DNA of 64,000 nt from Naegleria gruberi (Eukaryota): NCBI GenBank assembly GCA_000004985.1, contig GG738884.1. The stretch is one strand, 5' to 3'. Position numbers and translations under genes: made by a program. The notes beneath the pieces were generated by a model, which did not search any database, was not told where the DNA came from, and saw only the letters and a list, made by a program, of their open reading frames with translations. Positions 39,558-52,452 of the stretch are shown here, piece by piece. How positions within the stretch are numbered: position 1 is the first letter of the stretch; each line of letters begins with the position of its first letter.

Positions 39558-42086
39558 TTAAGGAGATTGCACACTCTTAATATGTTCTTTCCATTTCCTT
39601 GAATTATTAAATCTATAAAACGAGTCCATTAAATTTTTGTAAACCTCTGTTTGTAAAGTTGGGAAAATATTTGGTTTACAAATGTTTGTAATGAGCGGTT
39701 TCATGAGTTCTTCTTGGGATTGATCGATATTTGGGAAATATCTCAATGAAATATCTTTCATGATACGAGGAAGTTGGTTGATTTTGAGTTTGTGGTTGTT
39801 GAGAAGGTTTTGAAGTTCTTTGTAATCTTTCAGTTCAGTGTGGATGATTTTGGAAGGAACGTTAATTTCGAATACTGAACTGCTTTCGGATAGGTAGAGT
39901 TTAGTCATTTCCTTGATTTTCATTACTTTGGAACGAACGTGTCTTTCGTTAATCTTTCTCAATCGATTTAAATCCTCAATGAAGAGTAAATTTTCAACTG
40001 AATATTCTTCTCTCAAATATTGATAGAATAAATCTCTTTCCTTCTTGTGTGAAATGATAAAGTCAATTGAGTAGGAACAAATTGGAGAGGAGAGTAATTG
40101 TTGAATACTTTGAATAGCGTTGGCGTTCTTATCATTGGAGGAATCACTGTTATTGAGATTGGCGGCTTTTCTCTTTTCTTTAAAGGCAAGGAAAAAGTTC
40201 CAAATGCCTTTCATTACAGTTATGCCTGGATTACTGATCGAGCCACCAAGGAAATTGAGACCAATAGCTAGTACGAGTGATGAAGTCAATTGTGAACTAA
40301 TTGGGCCATATGATGGGACAATAACGAGAACTATTCCAGAAGCAATATCGAAAATGACAATGAAAAGACTTTCCACTCTATATACGAAAGGATCAGTTTC
40401 GTAAAAGTAGTAAATAAAGAAATTTTCAGTCTTTTCTCCCTTTTCCTTATTGATTCTTCTTGTTTGGATGTATTTGTAAATGGAAAATATGAAATCCACT
40501 GCCAAAAATAATGGAATAGCAAGGAATAGTATAAAAAGAACGATAATTGCATAAATAGAAACATTGTCTCTATCAATCTTTCTACAATATCCACTGTTTT
40601 GCTCCCAAGAGTAAAAGACACTCTCCCAGGAGTCTTTCGCATGAGAAGCAACTCTAACACTGATAATTACAAACCAAACAATGACCCACAAGGAAATATA
40701 CGATATTTCAACAATTCGATATTTGATAATCTTCTTCAACAAGTTGGCAAATCTTCCTTGTTTGGAAATTTCTTCGTAAGATGTAGAGATGGCATCGTCA
40801 TCGGTTGTCAAATCCAAAGCAATGTCATCGTAATCAGAGTAGGCATTGGAAATTTCATCAAGTTCTGAAGGCCTTGAACCTCTGGCAGACATTGGTGCAT
40901 CACTATTGACTGATTGTGAAAGAGAACTCAAATCCAAAGTCGAAACACCCTCATTAAGAGCAACATTTGAAGCACTAGAAGGGAATTGACCTAAATCTTC
41001 AGTACTTTCTGCTGGTCTCCTCAATGATTTTCTGTTTTGAATTGTATTGGAAGTAGCGTTTTGCTGTTCTGTCTTGTTTTGTAATTTGATGTTTTTGAAT
41101 TTTTCCAATTGCTTTCGTTTGAAATCTTCCAATGATTTTACAATATCCTGTCTCTTGTCCTTTAAAAGTGTCAAAAGCAAGAGTTTGATAATCTGAATAC
41201 TATACAGAGCTACACTGAGAACGACAAGCCCATAAAGCACATACGAATTAACGAAACAATACACATTCTCAAATGTAATATAATTGACCAACCAATTTGG
41301 CAAACCATTGCTAGAATTCAAGTTATTTTGATAAAAAGTTGCAGCGCTAACCGATTTAGTACTCTTTTCCATTAAAAATTGATTCCAATAACTTTCAAAA
41401 TACATCTTAATCCACGGTAAAAAATCAAGTGTACCCTGAATATGACTGATAACATTCAAACCAACCAAAATTAGTGAAACAAAGAATTTCGACTTGATTG
41501 GTTCATAATTTCTCAACAGGAAAATGCAACATGTGAGAAAAATATCAAAAATGACAATTACTACTCTGATAGCAATTGTCACAGTCGTAACCAAATTATT
41601 TCCACTAATCATGACAATTGCCTGCTGAGCTGTAGTCAAATTATAAGTAACATTTCCCAACAGGATTGAAAATTCTGTCGTGTTATAATCCTTCAATGCA
41701 ACATCAGATGGTGCTTGAATTACTTCATGTTGTGAAGAATTATCAACAACAACAACTGAGAGATGATGCATTGTCATGAGTGATGGTGAGTCGATATCAT
41801 TTGGGATAGAGTATGTTTTAAAACGATCTGCTAGGTGACCAATTGTGTTGATTAGGAAGTTCTCCTGACTTTCTAAATGTGTTTTTGTTGAGGTGGAACG
41901 TGTTGATGGAATACTGGTGGCTGACATTGTTTCGGCAAAAAAGCATGTATTGCACAAAAAGAGAAACAAGACTACAAGTATGGTAAGAGTATAAATTTTT
42001 CTAGAACGGCTTTTTGGAAAGTGGCTTGTTGATGGAGACATTTTGTGTACGAATGATGACATGTGGTGGCAATGCTGTTTCATCAA
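39558..42086 (-). CDS. Seven-transmembrane receptor-like protein with a C-terminal RGS domain (7TM-RGS).
   Basis: ATG at 42086. The N-terminus has a signal or TM segment and an ectodomain with N-glycosylation sequons. Seven hydrophobic helices are split three and four around a large acidic loop. The C-terminal RGS motifs are ...SIDFIISHKKERDLFYQYLREEYSVENLLFIEDLNRLRK ... LMDSFYRFNNSRKW. Confidence 0.65.
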   Translation of the reverse strand: MMKQHCHHMSSFVHKMSPSTSHFPKSRSRKIYTLTILVVLFLFLCNTCFFAETMSATSIPSTRSTSTKTHLESQENFLINTIGHLADRFKTYSIPNDIDSPSLMTMHHLSVVVVDNSSQHEVIQAPSDVALKDYNTTEFSILLGNVTYNLTTAQQAIVMISGNNLVTTVTIAIRVVIVIFDIFLTCCIFLLRNYEPIKSKFFVSLILVGLNVISHIQGTLDFLPWIKMYFESYWNQFLMEKSTKSVSAATFYQNNLNSSNGLPNWLVNYITFENVYCFVNSYVLYGLVVLSVALYSIQIIKLLLLTLLKDKRQDIVKSLEDFKRKQLEKFKNIKLQNKTEQQNATSNTIQNRKSLRRPAESTEDLGQFPSSASNVALNEGVSTLDLSSLSQSVNSDAPMSARGSRPSELDEISNAYSDYDDIALDLTTDDDAISTSYEEISKQGRFANLLKKIIKYRIVEISYISLWVIVWFVIISVRVASHAKDSWESVFYSWEQNSGYCRKIDRDNVSIYAIIVLFILFLAIPLFLAVDFIFSIYKYIQTRRINKEKGEKTENFFIYYFYETDPFVYRVESLFIVIFDIASGIVLVIVPSYGPISSQLTSSLVLAIGLNFLGGSISNPGITVMKGIWNFFLAFKEKRKAANLNNSDSSNDKNANAIQSIQQLLSSPICSYSIDFIISHKKERDLFYQYLREEYSVENLLFIEDLNRLRKINERHVRSKVMKIKEMTKLYLSESSSVFEINVPSKIIHTELKDYKELQNLLNNHKLKINQLPRIMKDISLRYFPNIDQSQEELMKPLITNICKPNIFPTLQTEVYKNLMDSFYRFNNSRKWKEHIKSVQSP

Positions 42087-42488
42087 AATGATGAAAATTG
42101 ATAGTGGCTAATGTTATGTTGATGATGGAGAGAGGCTTTTTTATCTCAATATTATCTCTCAATAGTAAAATTGATAATATTTAAAGATTCTAATAGTTTC
42201 GGCAAGTTGTTTGTTTTTTTTAGATGGTTCAATGTTCAAAAGGCATGTACAAAGTTTCCGTGTTTTTTGTTGAACTTGTAAAGCTCAAAAGTACAGTGCT
42301 ATTGTATGTTGGTGTTGAGCAATTTTTTTTCGTAATTACGAAATAACAGCCAAATCAACAAGAAACGTCAAATCATGCAGATTAAATTCCAAAAGGGAAG
42401 CATGTACCAAATTTAATAGAGAATGAACTTTACAGCCACAATACAACAACAACCATATTTATTTACAATGTATCAGTTCTCAAAGTCC

Positions 42489-45400
42489 TTATTTATCTTC
42501 ACGTCCTGGTGAATAGGCAGGAGATGATGGACTATAGCTTGGACTAGTTGGTGAATAGCTAGGACTGGTTGGAGAATAAGCAGGTGAAGATGGACTATAA
42601 CCACCACCAGGATTGTAACTTGGACTGCTTGGTGAATAGGCAGGAGAAGATGGTGAATAGTTTGGACTGGATGGTGAATAAGCTGGTGATGATGGTGAAT
42701 AATTTGGACTGCTTGGTGAATAGCTTGGACTAGTTGGTGAGTAAGCTGGAGAAGATGGACTATAACCAGCACCAGGACTTGTAGCACGTGGACTAGTTGG
42801 AGAGTAAGCTGGTGATGATGGTGAATAGTTTGGACTTGTTGGAGAATAAGCTGGTGAAGTAGGCGAGTAAGCAGGAGATGTTGGTGAATAATTTGGTGAA
42901 GTTGGTGAGTAAGCTGGTGATGTAGGACTGTAATTTGGACTTGTTGGTGAATAAGCTGGTGAAGTTGGTGAATAGTTTGGACTACTTGGAGAATAAGCAG
43001 GTGAGGTTGGACTATAATTACCTGGTGAGGATGGAGAATAGCCACCTTGATGTCCAGGAGAAGTTGGAGAACTAGCAACTGGAGAGAATGCAGAATTATA
43101 AGGTGAAGGACTGAATCCACCTTGGTATTCTGGTGAAGGAGTTCTTCCAAGAGGAGTCATTGCACCTTGAGTCCATGGACTTGAAGCACCACCATGATAT
43201 GGGGTAGCAACACCACCATGATAAGGTGTAGCCAAACCACTTGTATGATAAGGTGTTGTTGCACCAAGACTTCCATACATTGATTTAGTTTCAGTAACAA
43301 AGCTTGGTTTAACAGCAACAGCTTGCTTCAATAATTCTTCATCCAAATACAAACCAAAACAACCAGTACCAATTGGAGCCAATTGACCAACCATAACGTT
43401 AGCAGAAACACCCTTCAAAGTATCAGTATCAGCAAATGTAGCAGCTTCAATAAGAATTTCAACAGTTTCTTCGAAAGAACATCTCATCAATGGACCAGTG
43501 TCACTACGATTAATACCGTGACGAGTAATAGCCATCAAACCACCTCTGTGAGTCATAACATCACACAAAATGGCCAAGTGACGATAGTTAACATAAGAAC
43601 CGTCAAATTCAATAACCTTTCTCATTTCTCTCATGAGGGCATTTCTACATGCTTCAATACCCAAAACATCAAGAATTTCATTAACATCGTTAGATGTTGT
43701 AATAGTATGATCAACATAAGGGTGAGATAAGACAGCCAACAAGTTACATCCTTCAGTATCCAAAACCCATTGTTTAACAGTAGCAACACCAGAACTGCTG
43801 AAAACCTTCTTGTCATTTTCTTCTCTCAAAAAGACCTTCTTGAGATCCTTATAACCCTTAAGGGCCAATTCGTTCAACATGTTTGATTCGAGTCTTCTCA
43901 AAAATTCAACAGTACTATTTTCAATGTCTTCTTCTTCAAGCTTTCTGAGAACTTCATCACTTGGATCCTTTGCAACTTGAGCATCCTTTTCCTTTTCTTT
44001 ATCATCCTTGTGAATACGAACAACGAGAATAAGTTTGTCAGCGTTATCGTCAGAGTAGAAACAAGTAATGTCGTTTTGGAATTCTTCTTGAATCTTCTTA
44101 GCAACTTGAGCCATAGTCAATGTGTCACTCATCATCATCTTGTCAAGTTCAAATCTGAGAGACCATGGATTGAGAGTAGTTGAATCCAAAACTGCTGTAT
44201 CCTTGAGTTCTTCCAACAATTCTTCTATGAATTCTCTATCTTCTTCAATAACAGAGTTTGCTGGCTCTGGATCGTAAACAATTGAAGTAGCAGCAGTAAC
44301 ATGTCCAAGAGTAGTATATTCCAAATCTTCCTTAACCATCTTGGCCTTTTCAAAGTCACCAATATATTCATTATTCAAATAAATAGTCAAACCTGGAGTC
44401 TTAATATTCTTGGCAACGTTCAACAATTCCTTCAAACGAGGAACACCCAAAGTAACGTTCTTTGAAGACACACCGGCAAAGTGGAAAGTATTCAAAGTCA
44501 TTTGAGTAGCAGGTTCACCAATAGATTGGGCAGCAACAGAACCGACCATTTCACCTGGTTGAGCCAAACAATTGTGGAATCTCATTCTAATTTCACCAAC
44601 CAAAAAGTCAAAGGCTTCTTGGGTAAGACACAATTCTTTAAGAACAACCTTTGAAGAGAAGGTTGATCTCAAGAACATACTGAAAAGTAAAGTTGCATTA
44701 GTTTGAGCTTCAGTTGACAATTCATCAGTACCCTTGATAACAACCAAGTCGTCACACAACTTCTTAATCTTTTCAATAACATAAATAGGATTCATGTCTG
44801 ATGGCTTACCAATACTTGGATGGATACCATATTCTTTTTGAGCATTCTTAATAATACGTTTCAAGTTGACAGGCATGACAATCTTATTTTCAGCATTAGG
44901 GAAGATTTCAGTACGTAAAATGTGACGATCTTCCATCAAAGTCTTGTATTCTTCACGGACCTTTGAGAGATAGGTTGCAGGATCCTTCAAAATTTCATCA
45001 TAAACCTTAGTAGAAATGAAAGACTCCTTAAGAATACCACCTGATGGCATTGAAACACTAGATTCAGTTGGGTTTGTGAAAGAAGGAGAACTACCAAGAG
45101 AATTGTACCAATACTTGTCTTGGAATTTAGCATCACTCAAATTCATAATATCAATTGATTGAGATTCAACCTTGTGGGCATCCATACCATCTTCACCATA
45201 CAAGAATTGGACAACATTACCTTGAGCATCACGGACAGTACCATCGTACTTGACCATGATATCTTCCATAGCCTTTATCAATCTTCTTTGGATATAACCA
45301 GTTTCAGATGTCTTGACGGCAGTATCGATCAAACCTTCACGACCACCCATAGTGTGGAAGAAGAATTCTTGAGGAGTTAAACCTCTGAGGTAACTGTTAG

Positions 45401-47989
45401 CAACGAAACCACGACTTTCAGGACCATGGTCATCTTGGGCAAAGTGAGGTAAAGTTCTATTACGGAAACCATAAGGAATACGTTTACCTTCGACGTTTTG
45501 CTGACCGACACAAGCAATAATTTGTGAAATGTTAATGTAAGAACCCTTAGAACCGGCTGTCACCATGGACTTGATGTTATTGTCATCCTTCAATGACTTC
45601 TTAGCCTTGTTACCAGCATCTTCTCTGGCCTTGTTAAGAACCTTGTTAACTTGATTTTCGAAAGATTGTTGAATAGTTCTACCAGCTTCAGCTCTCAATT
45701 TACCTTCTTGAGCATCCTTGACAATAAGTTTGACGTCCTTTTCGGCTTTTCTAATAGTTTCTTCGATTTGTTCCATAGTAGCTTTATCGGCAATAGTGTC
45801 ACCAATACCAATACTGAAACCACGGTTAATAAGCCAATGGTTAATAACTCTTTGACATTGGCCCAAGAATTTCTTTCCTTCATTAACACCCTTTTCATTG
45901 ACAATAATGTGAATCAATGAACCGTGAGAAGAACCTAGAGATTTCTTGTCCAAAACACCTGAAACTAATTCACCTCTGTCAATTAAAACCTTTGTATCAA
46001 ATTCAGGTATGTCGTGATCCAAGTGATCTTTCTTATCGGTCAAATCTTCGTGGGTTGATGATGTATTTTCAAGATTGACTTTTGGAAGAAGGAATGTGAA
46101 AAGTTGTTTACCAGTCCACAATGGTTTTGGTTTCAAAATAGCTGGAACAGGTAATTTACCATCAAAATCAATCAAGTGCATTAAGCAATTCATCATTAAA
46201 TCTTTAGCAATAAAGACATCACGACGTGTAAGTTTAGAAGCAGCCAATAAAGTATCTTGGACAAGGGCAATAACTGGTCTGTTACTTTGAGGAGTAATAA
46301 TATTCCTAGGGACCATCATTAATTCTAACAATTCGGCTTTTGTTTGAAGAGATTGTGGAACGTGCAAATTCATTTCGTCACCGTCAAAGTCAGCATTGTA
46401 TGGGGTAGTGACTGACAAATTCATTCTGAATGTACTGTAAGGCATGACCTTAATTCTGTGACCCATCATAGACATTTTGTGGAGAGAAGGTTGTCTGTTG
46501 AAAAGAATAACATCACCATCTTGTAAGTGACGTTCAACTTTGTAACCATATTCCAATTGAATTTGATCGTTAGCTTTTCCTGAAGCAAATCTCAAATCGA
46601 TACGTGTACCATCTTCACGAATAACATACTTGGCACCAGGATAAGTTAAAGGACCATTTGTAACTAATTCATTCAATCTTTCAAAATTGAAAGGTGTAAC
46701 AATTTCAGGTACTGTCATATTTGAAGCAACAGTACGAGGAACACCAACTTGATCAATATCAATATTTGGATCGGCAGTAATGACAGTTCTTGCAGAAAAA
46801 TCAACACGTTTACCCATCAAGTTACCTCTGACACGTCCTTCCTTACCCTTCAATCTTTGTCTGATTGACTTTAAAGGTCTTCCACTTTTAGTTGTAGCTG
46901 TTGGAACACCTGGATATTCATTATTCACATAGGTAGCACAGTGATATTGTAACATTCTAACCATTTCTTCCATTTGATGAAGTGGTGTACCTGACTTTTC
47001 ATTCTTTTGAATGGCAGCATTAGCCTTGATAATATCTGCAAGTTTGTGTGTCAAGTCATCTTCAGAACGATCAGCTGAACCGTGGTGAACACTTGGACGA
47101 ACCTGTGGTGGAGGAATAGGTAAACATGTAAGAATCATCCATTCTGGACGAGCATTATCCTTATCAAAACCTAACAATTCCAAATCCTCAGCAGGAATTC
47201 TCTTAAAGATTTGAAGAGCACGTTCTGCTGTCAATTCTTGTTTTGTTAATTCTTGTTTAGCTTCGGCGCTAGTATCCTTCTTATATTCTGCAAAAATCTT
47301 TAATCCATCTCTGGAAATCTTAGGTTGGAGACCACCACAACCATTTCTTGGTTGGAAAGTTGGGTCAATATTAGCTTCTTGATTTTGTTCATTTTCCTTG
47401 TTTCCTGTTTCTATTATACATTTGTCTTTTCTACACAGATCGATCATTTCTTTGAATCTTTTACGTCTGTTCACGAATTTTGATGCCTTCTTAAATTGTA
47501 AGCTACTCTTATCCGCTAAAAGTTTACCACAATGAATACACACACTTTGTAGCACCTTCACTACTGTATTAATAAAGAGAACATTAAACACTGGATGTAT
47601 TCTAACGTGGCCAAAGTGACCAGGACATTCTGTAGCGTTACCTCCACAACTATTATTGTTAATTAGTTATTATTATTAGTGATGTTGTTGTTGTAATAGT
47701 TTGTTATCATTGTTGATGAGAGAAATTATGAAGAACAGGATTTTTGTATTAAAGATTAGAGGCTTGTTAAATTTCCTCCAAATACTTACGTCAGACAAGA
47801 AAGATGGTGATCAATGGTACCCATACGAAGATCCATCAAACCACTTTCCTTTGGTTTTCCCTTTTCTTGTGTTTCAGCGTGAAGCACTTCACAGACAGAC
47901 ATCTTTTCAATAACTTCAGGATTCAAGATACCGAATTGAATTCTATCAACTCTGGCCAATTCGATTGGCGAGAACGAGAAGAGAGACAT
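42489..47989 (-). CDS. RPB1: RNA polymerase II largest subunit. Exon 1 is 47790..47989 and exon 2 is 42489..47649, separated by a 140-nt intron (47650..47789).
   Basis: Exon 1 reads MSLFSFSPIELARVDRIQFGILNPEVIEKMSVCEVLHAETQEKGKPKESGLMDLRMGTIDHHLSCL and ends at a GTAAGT donor. The acceptor is aataatag|T TGT GGA GGT, restoring ...CLTCGGNATECPGHFGHV. Exon 2 carries all the conserved Rpb1 blocks (NADFDGDEMNLHVPQS, the bridge helix, the trigger loop). The C-terminal domain has about 24 heptads YSP(T/S)SP(A/N/S). The ORF-track 'M' at 47591 is a GTG inside exon 2. Confidence 0.95.
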
Positions 47990-48569
47990 TGTAAAGAAGT
48001 TTTATAATTAGTGTTCGATGATTAAAATTTGCTAACAACAATCACACACGGGTAGAGTGTTTTTGATGTTTGCGTATTTTTTTTAAAGAAAAAAGCGTGG
48101 TTGTTTTATTTTAATTTTTTTTGAGCAACTGTTGCTGCAGATTGAATAGCGATACAAGGCTGGTGAAGAATGTGAAGTTTATGTTGTTTGCTCAAAGCAG
48201 CTTCAAGAGATGTTTATTCGTACTGACAATATTCTTAGTATTTAATACTTGCTATTCATCTTCCACAATATTTGATCTGAAATACAAAGTAGAGACTCAA
48301 TTTAATTAATTTTTTTATGTAATTTTCCAAACGTAACGGTTTTGTGGCTAGAGGTACATACAGGAGGTTAGTACCACACCCATCTAATAAGAAAGTAATA
48401 TTAACAAAATACCAGAACAATGATATTAAGAATAGATGTAATCATATAGTGAAGGTGATCTTGAACTTTAATATTACAAACCAATATTGAATACAATAAT
48501 AACAACAAAAAAATCTTCCTTCACCAAATTAATTCAATCGTTAAGCTGCTATTCATCAAATCATCACAG

Positions 48570-50130
48570 ATGTTGAAAGCAAATAATGATGGAAAGGAAA
48601 TTACTTTTCGGTTCAACTCTCTACAAGTTTTATCCAAGACACCAACCCTTCTCTCCTTGGAAGAATTGGTAGAAATTGAGAAACAATCTTCTGAAGACGA
48701 ATTATCAGAACAGGAATTAGAACTCACTCCAATAGCAACAAGTTTCCACAGTGGTTGTCTGATTCATGCTCCTTACAATCAGCTTATCATTGTTGGAGGA
48801 TGCTTTGATGAAGATGACGAGTGGTACGAGGAAGAGTCTTGTACCAATGAAGTAATGTCATTCAATTATATGGAAAATAAGTGGAAGTTGCTCTTTAGCA
48901 GAGTATTGAATGATGATGAAAGTACTAGTACAACAGTTGAGGAAAGTGATACAAACAATGTGCAAGAACAAATCTCTCATATTAACATCTCATCCGATGA
49001 ACAATATTTGGAAAGAATTGTACAATCACCAATTATTCAACAATCATCATCGACAGCAGAAAGAAGAAGTAATACTCCTCCTAGAATTTGGGGACATTCC
49101 TGTTCTTACAGTCCTCTCACAAGAAGTCTTTATGTCTTTGGAGGAATTAACTATCACGATGAATATAATGAACATTTGTTTTCCTTCTCATTGGATAGAA
49201 GAGAGTGGAAGAAGATTGATGCACAAAAAGACTCATCAATGGAGGAGCTTCCCTGTGGAAGACAAGGACATAGAACAGTCTACATTCCTTCCATTCACAA
49301 GATGGTCTTATTCGGAGGCTTTTCTAGTTCTCATCTTGATGACTTTTGTGAATTTGATGTTAGAAATAATACGTGGAGTCGAGTTGAAGAAGATCCAGCT
49401 TTCCTAATGAATAGACCAAGTTGTAGAGAAGTTTTTAGTATGATTTATGCTGAGAATAGAAATTCAATTATCATATTTGGAGGTAAAACTGAAGATGAGA
49501 GGTTTGTTATTTATCTAATAATTAATTTTTAATTCCAAAATTTTATTTAATTTTTAATATTATTTTGATTAATATGATACTATTATTTAAAATGGAAAAA
49601 TTGGAATTTGAAAATATAGATATTCGGATTTACGTGAATTTTCCCTCACAACAAGAAGGTGGACACTACTTTATCAAGGAAAAATCAAAAAAACCAACCA
49701 TAATGGTAACACAAAAAAAGTAACAAAATTATTCAAGGATATTCCATCGGAAAGAAGTAGTCACACTGCAGTCTATTTGGAAAATTACCAGAAAATGATA
49801 ATTCTGTCTGGATATGATGGCGAGGAATGGTTCTGTGATTGTTACGAATTTGATTTTAATACCATGCAATGGGATGGAATTAAATTGGAAACAAAAGACT
49901 TACCAGATACAGATAGAGAGATCTTTACTAAGGGATTTAGTAGTCATGTAGCTGAATTTAACAATATTACTAATGAAATGCTCGTTTTTGGAGGTTGGGA
50001 TGGTGAAATAGATAGTAATATCTTATTCTCTATCAAGATTCCAAGCTATCATTCAGTTGCAATGAAATTTAAATTACTCAGCATGAATGATTTATTCTCA
50101 GATGTTTCCATTCACTGTAATGAACATTAG
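48570..50130 (+). CDS. Kelch-repeat protein. Exon 1 is 48570..49501 and exon 2 is 49620..50130, separated by an intron at 49502..49619.
   Basis: ATG at 48570. Exon 1 ends ...SIIIFGGKTEDE-R at a GTTTGT donor. The acceptor is atatag|A TAT TCG, giving ...RYSDLREFSLTTRRWTLL...PSERSSHTAVYLENYQKMIILSGYDGEEW, which continues the kelch motifs. Earlier kelch units include RIWGHSCSYSPLTRSLYVFGG and CGRQGHRTVYIPSIHKMVLFGG. The second ORF-track ORF (49777) begins at a TTG inside exon 2. Confidence 0.65.
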
Positions 50131-50171
50131 CTGTTAGAGTCTCTTTAAAGAGAGACAATTTCAGGATTTTA

Positions 50172-51734
50172 TTAGATCATTAGGAGAGCACTTTCTTCAT
50201 CAAAGTGGACTTTGAGGAATCTTTGTACAATTCTTCTTCCAAAAGCATCCATATCGAGAGTGAGATCAAACTGGAGCACATTGAGGATTTCAACTTCTAA
50301 TTGATTGAATTCTTTGAATGTAATTCTCTTGTGATCTTCTCTCTTTCTACAAAGACTACTGAATAATTTGAAATAAGTCTTGCTCTTCCAATAATTGTCC
50401 TCATCATACATTTTACTGGACAACATGACACAAATACACATGATTGTTTTCAATTCATTCCTATTGAAGGAATTCCTTAATGAATGATCCTTATTGGATC
50501 CATCGTGCTGACCTTTCAAAAGTGGAGAAGAAACTCGTTCATTCTCCAACAATGAAATAACCTTTTCGAAATATGACAAGCCAACAACAATACACTTTGG
50601 ATCTACAATCAATTTGAGGAAGATAATTTCAATGAACTTTCTCCAATAGATTTCTTCAGATTTACGGAGAATGGTCTTGTGAATTCTGCCCAACATGTGA
50701 GGAGACAAGTTGTTATTGGCGCACTTCTTTTCTGTTCCATTCGAAACTGAATTGAGCTCATTCTCCAATTCCCACTTTGAACAACACAATGGAGATTGAG
50801 TTACAACAGAATAGATCATCTTGGTACAGAGTTGAACTACCAAATCGAATTGATCGACAGCCAACTCATTCTCACTCTCAATTAATCTTAAAGCCATTTG
50901 GAAATTCTTCTTAAAACCTGTGCATGTTTCTGGAGAGGTTTCCAGCTGACCACGTTTTCCATTCTCAAAATCTTGTGAGGAAGTTGAAGATTTGGAAGAT
51001 TGATTTTGAACCAATTGAGTATTTTCCTCTCTTTCTCTCAAGAGAAGAGTATCTAACTTGAGCCAATTACCTCTTTCCATTGGAATTCGATGAGGTTGAT
51101 ATCTGGCAGCCCATTTCATTTCCTTTTCGATAATTTTCACATTCTGAACCCAATCTGTTGAAGGTAAAGTGTGTGACTTGTTGTGGTGATGGTGACCATG
51201 GTGGTGATTTTGATGTGCTGTCGATCTCTCTTGAGCCACATGTCCACCATGATGGTTATGTCTACTTCCATTTGTTGCACCACCACTTTGATTCGAAAGT
51301 ATATTAACAGAAATTGATTCTGATTGTTTCATTTTCTGAATTTCTTCCCAAGTCATTTCATTATTAGATTTGTTAAGGAATTCCTGGAGAGAAACAAAAT
51401 CCTCATCATTGAAAGAAGGTTGTTTTCTCTCGTGTATTGAATTTACACCTAAATTTCTAGCAAGTCCTTGACCAGTAGTCGATGACATTTGATTTGAATT
51501 ACCAGTGCTTGCTTGATCTTTCATCACTACATCGGAATCATCGTCACAATAATCAAGTACTTTCTGCGCTTTTTGTTTTAATTCCCTCAATTCATTCAAT
51601 TGAGAACAATACAATTGATGAAGTTGAATTCTTGCACTTGATTTACATTCATGAGAAGTATTAAAATAATGATCGTGGACAGGAGAAGGCAACCAACAGA
51701 GTGGAAAGAAGAAAGATGGATGAATGGATGGCAT
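50172..51734 (-). CDS. Hypothetical His-rich protein with a possible cyclin-like C-terminal fold.
   Basis: ATG at 51734. There is a HHGGHVAQERSTAHQNHHHGHHHHNKSH tract. The C-terminal region ...IFLKLIVDPKCIVVGLSYFEKVI...LKTIMCICVMLSSKMYDEDNYW... loosely resembles a PHO80-type cyclin box. The call is weak. Confidence 0.3.
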   Translation of the reverse strand: MPSIHPSFFFPLCWLPSPVHDHYFNTSHECKSSARIQLHQLYCSQLNELRELKQKAQKVLDYCDDDSDVVMKDQASTGNSNQMSSTTGQGLARNLGVNSIHERKQPSFNDEDFVSLQEFLNKSNNEMTWEEIQKMKQSESISVNILSNQSGGATNGSRHNHHGGHVAQERSTAHQNHHHGHHHHNKSHTLPSTDWVQNVKIIEKEMKWAARYQPHRIPMERGNWLKLDTLLLREREENTQLVQNQSSKSSTSSQDFENGKRGQLETSPETCTGFKKNFQMALRLIESENELAVDQFDLVVQLCTKMIYSVVTQSPLCCSKWELENELNSVSNGTEKKCANNNLSPHMLGRIHKTILRKSEEIYWRKFIEIIFLKLIVDPKCIVVGLSYFEKVISLLENERVSSPLLKGQHDGSNKDHSLRNSFNRNELKTIMCICVMLSSKMYDEDNYWKSKTYFKLFSSLCRKREDHKRITFKEFNQLEVEILNVLQFDLTLDMDAFGRRIVQRFLKVHFDEESALLMI

Positions 51735-52452
51735 GTTTTTTGATTTGTTTTTAAAGTTGTTGTGTTATTGTTTTTTCTGAAAGAACACAATCAAATATGT
51801 TTGAGATTAGATGTTGGATAATTGGAGTTTACAAAACGAATTTTGAAATTTGTATTTTGGATAATGGATAGTTTACAATGAAAAGTTTCAATCTTGACGT
51901 TTTTTTTGAGAATTTGCAAGTTTGCATGAATTGAATCGTTAAGAAGAAAACCTATTCAACGTGTGCATCATGTGTCTATATTTATGGAAAGACAATAACT
52001 ATTAGAAAGAAAGTAAAAAAAGATCTTGGCCAAAGAATGAAAAGGAAGAATGAGAAGTAGTTTCAAATTAGAGTTACCACTTTATGTTTGGAATGTTTCC
52101 TAAAATGGTTCTATTTGAAGAGATTGATAATAATATTATTGATGGGTTATATAATTGTTACTTGAATCGCATATGAAGAGTGAATGGAAGATGAGAAAGA
52201 GTGTCAGCCAAATCACCATTTTCATGAATTAATTTAAAAATGGAAAGTTTTTGATTTTTGAATCTTGGCTCGAAAGAATTGAAGAGTTTTATATAATTTT
52301 TAAAATGACTTTCATGTATGTGATTCTTTCATGTATTTGATGATTGAAATGATACAAACTAAACAATAAGATGAGCTTTAAATTAGAATTTTTGTATTCC
52401 TATTATGTATCAATAACGATATATAAATAATATTTTTTAAAATATTGTGTAA

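Noticed and set aside
42473-43150. A 225-aa ORF with HQL/HHH repeats.
   Set aside because: It is antisense to the RPB1 C-terminal heptad repeats. It is a repeat-driven open frame, not a gene.
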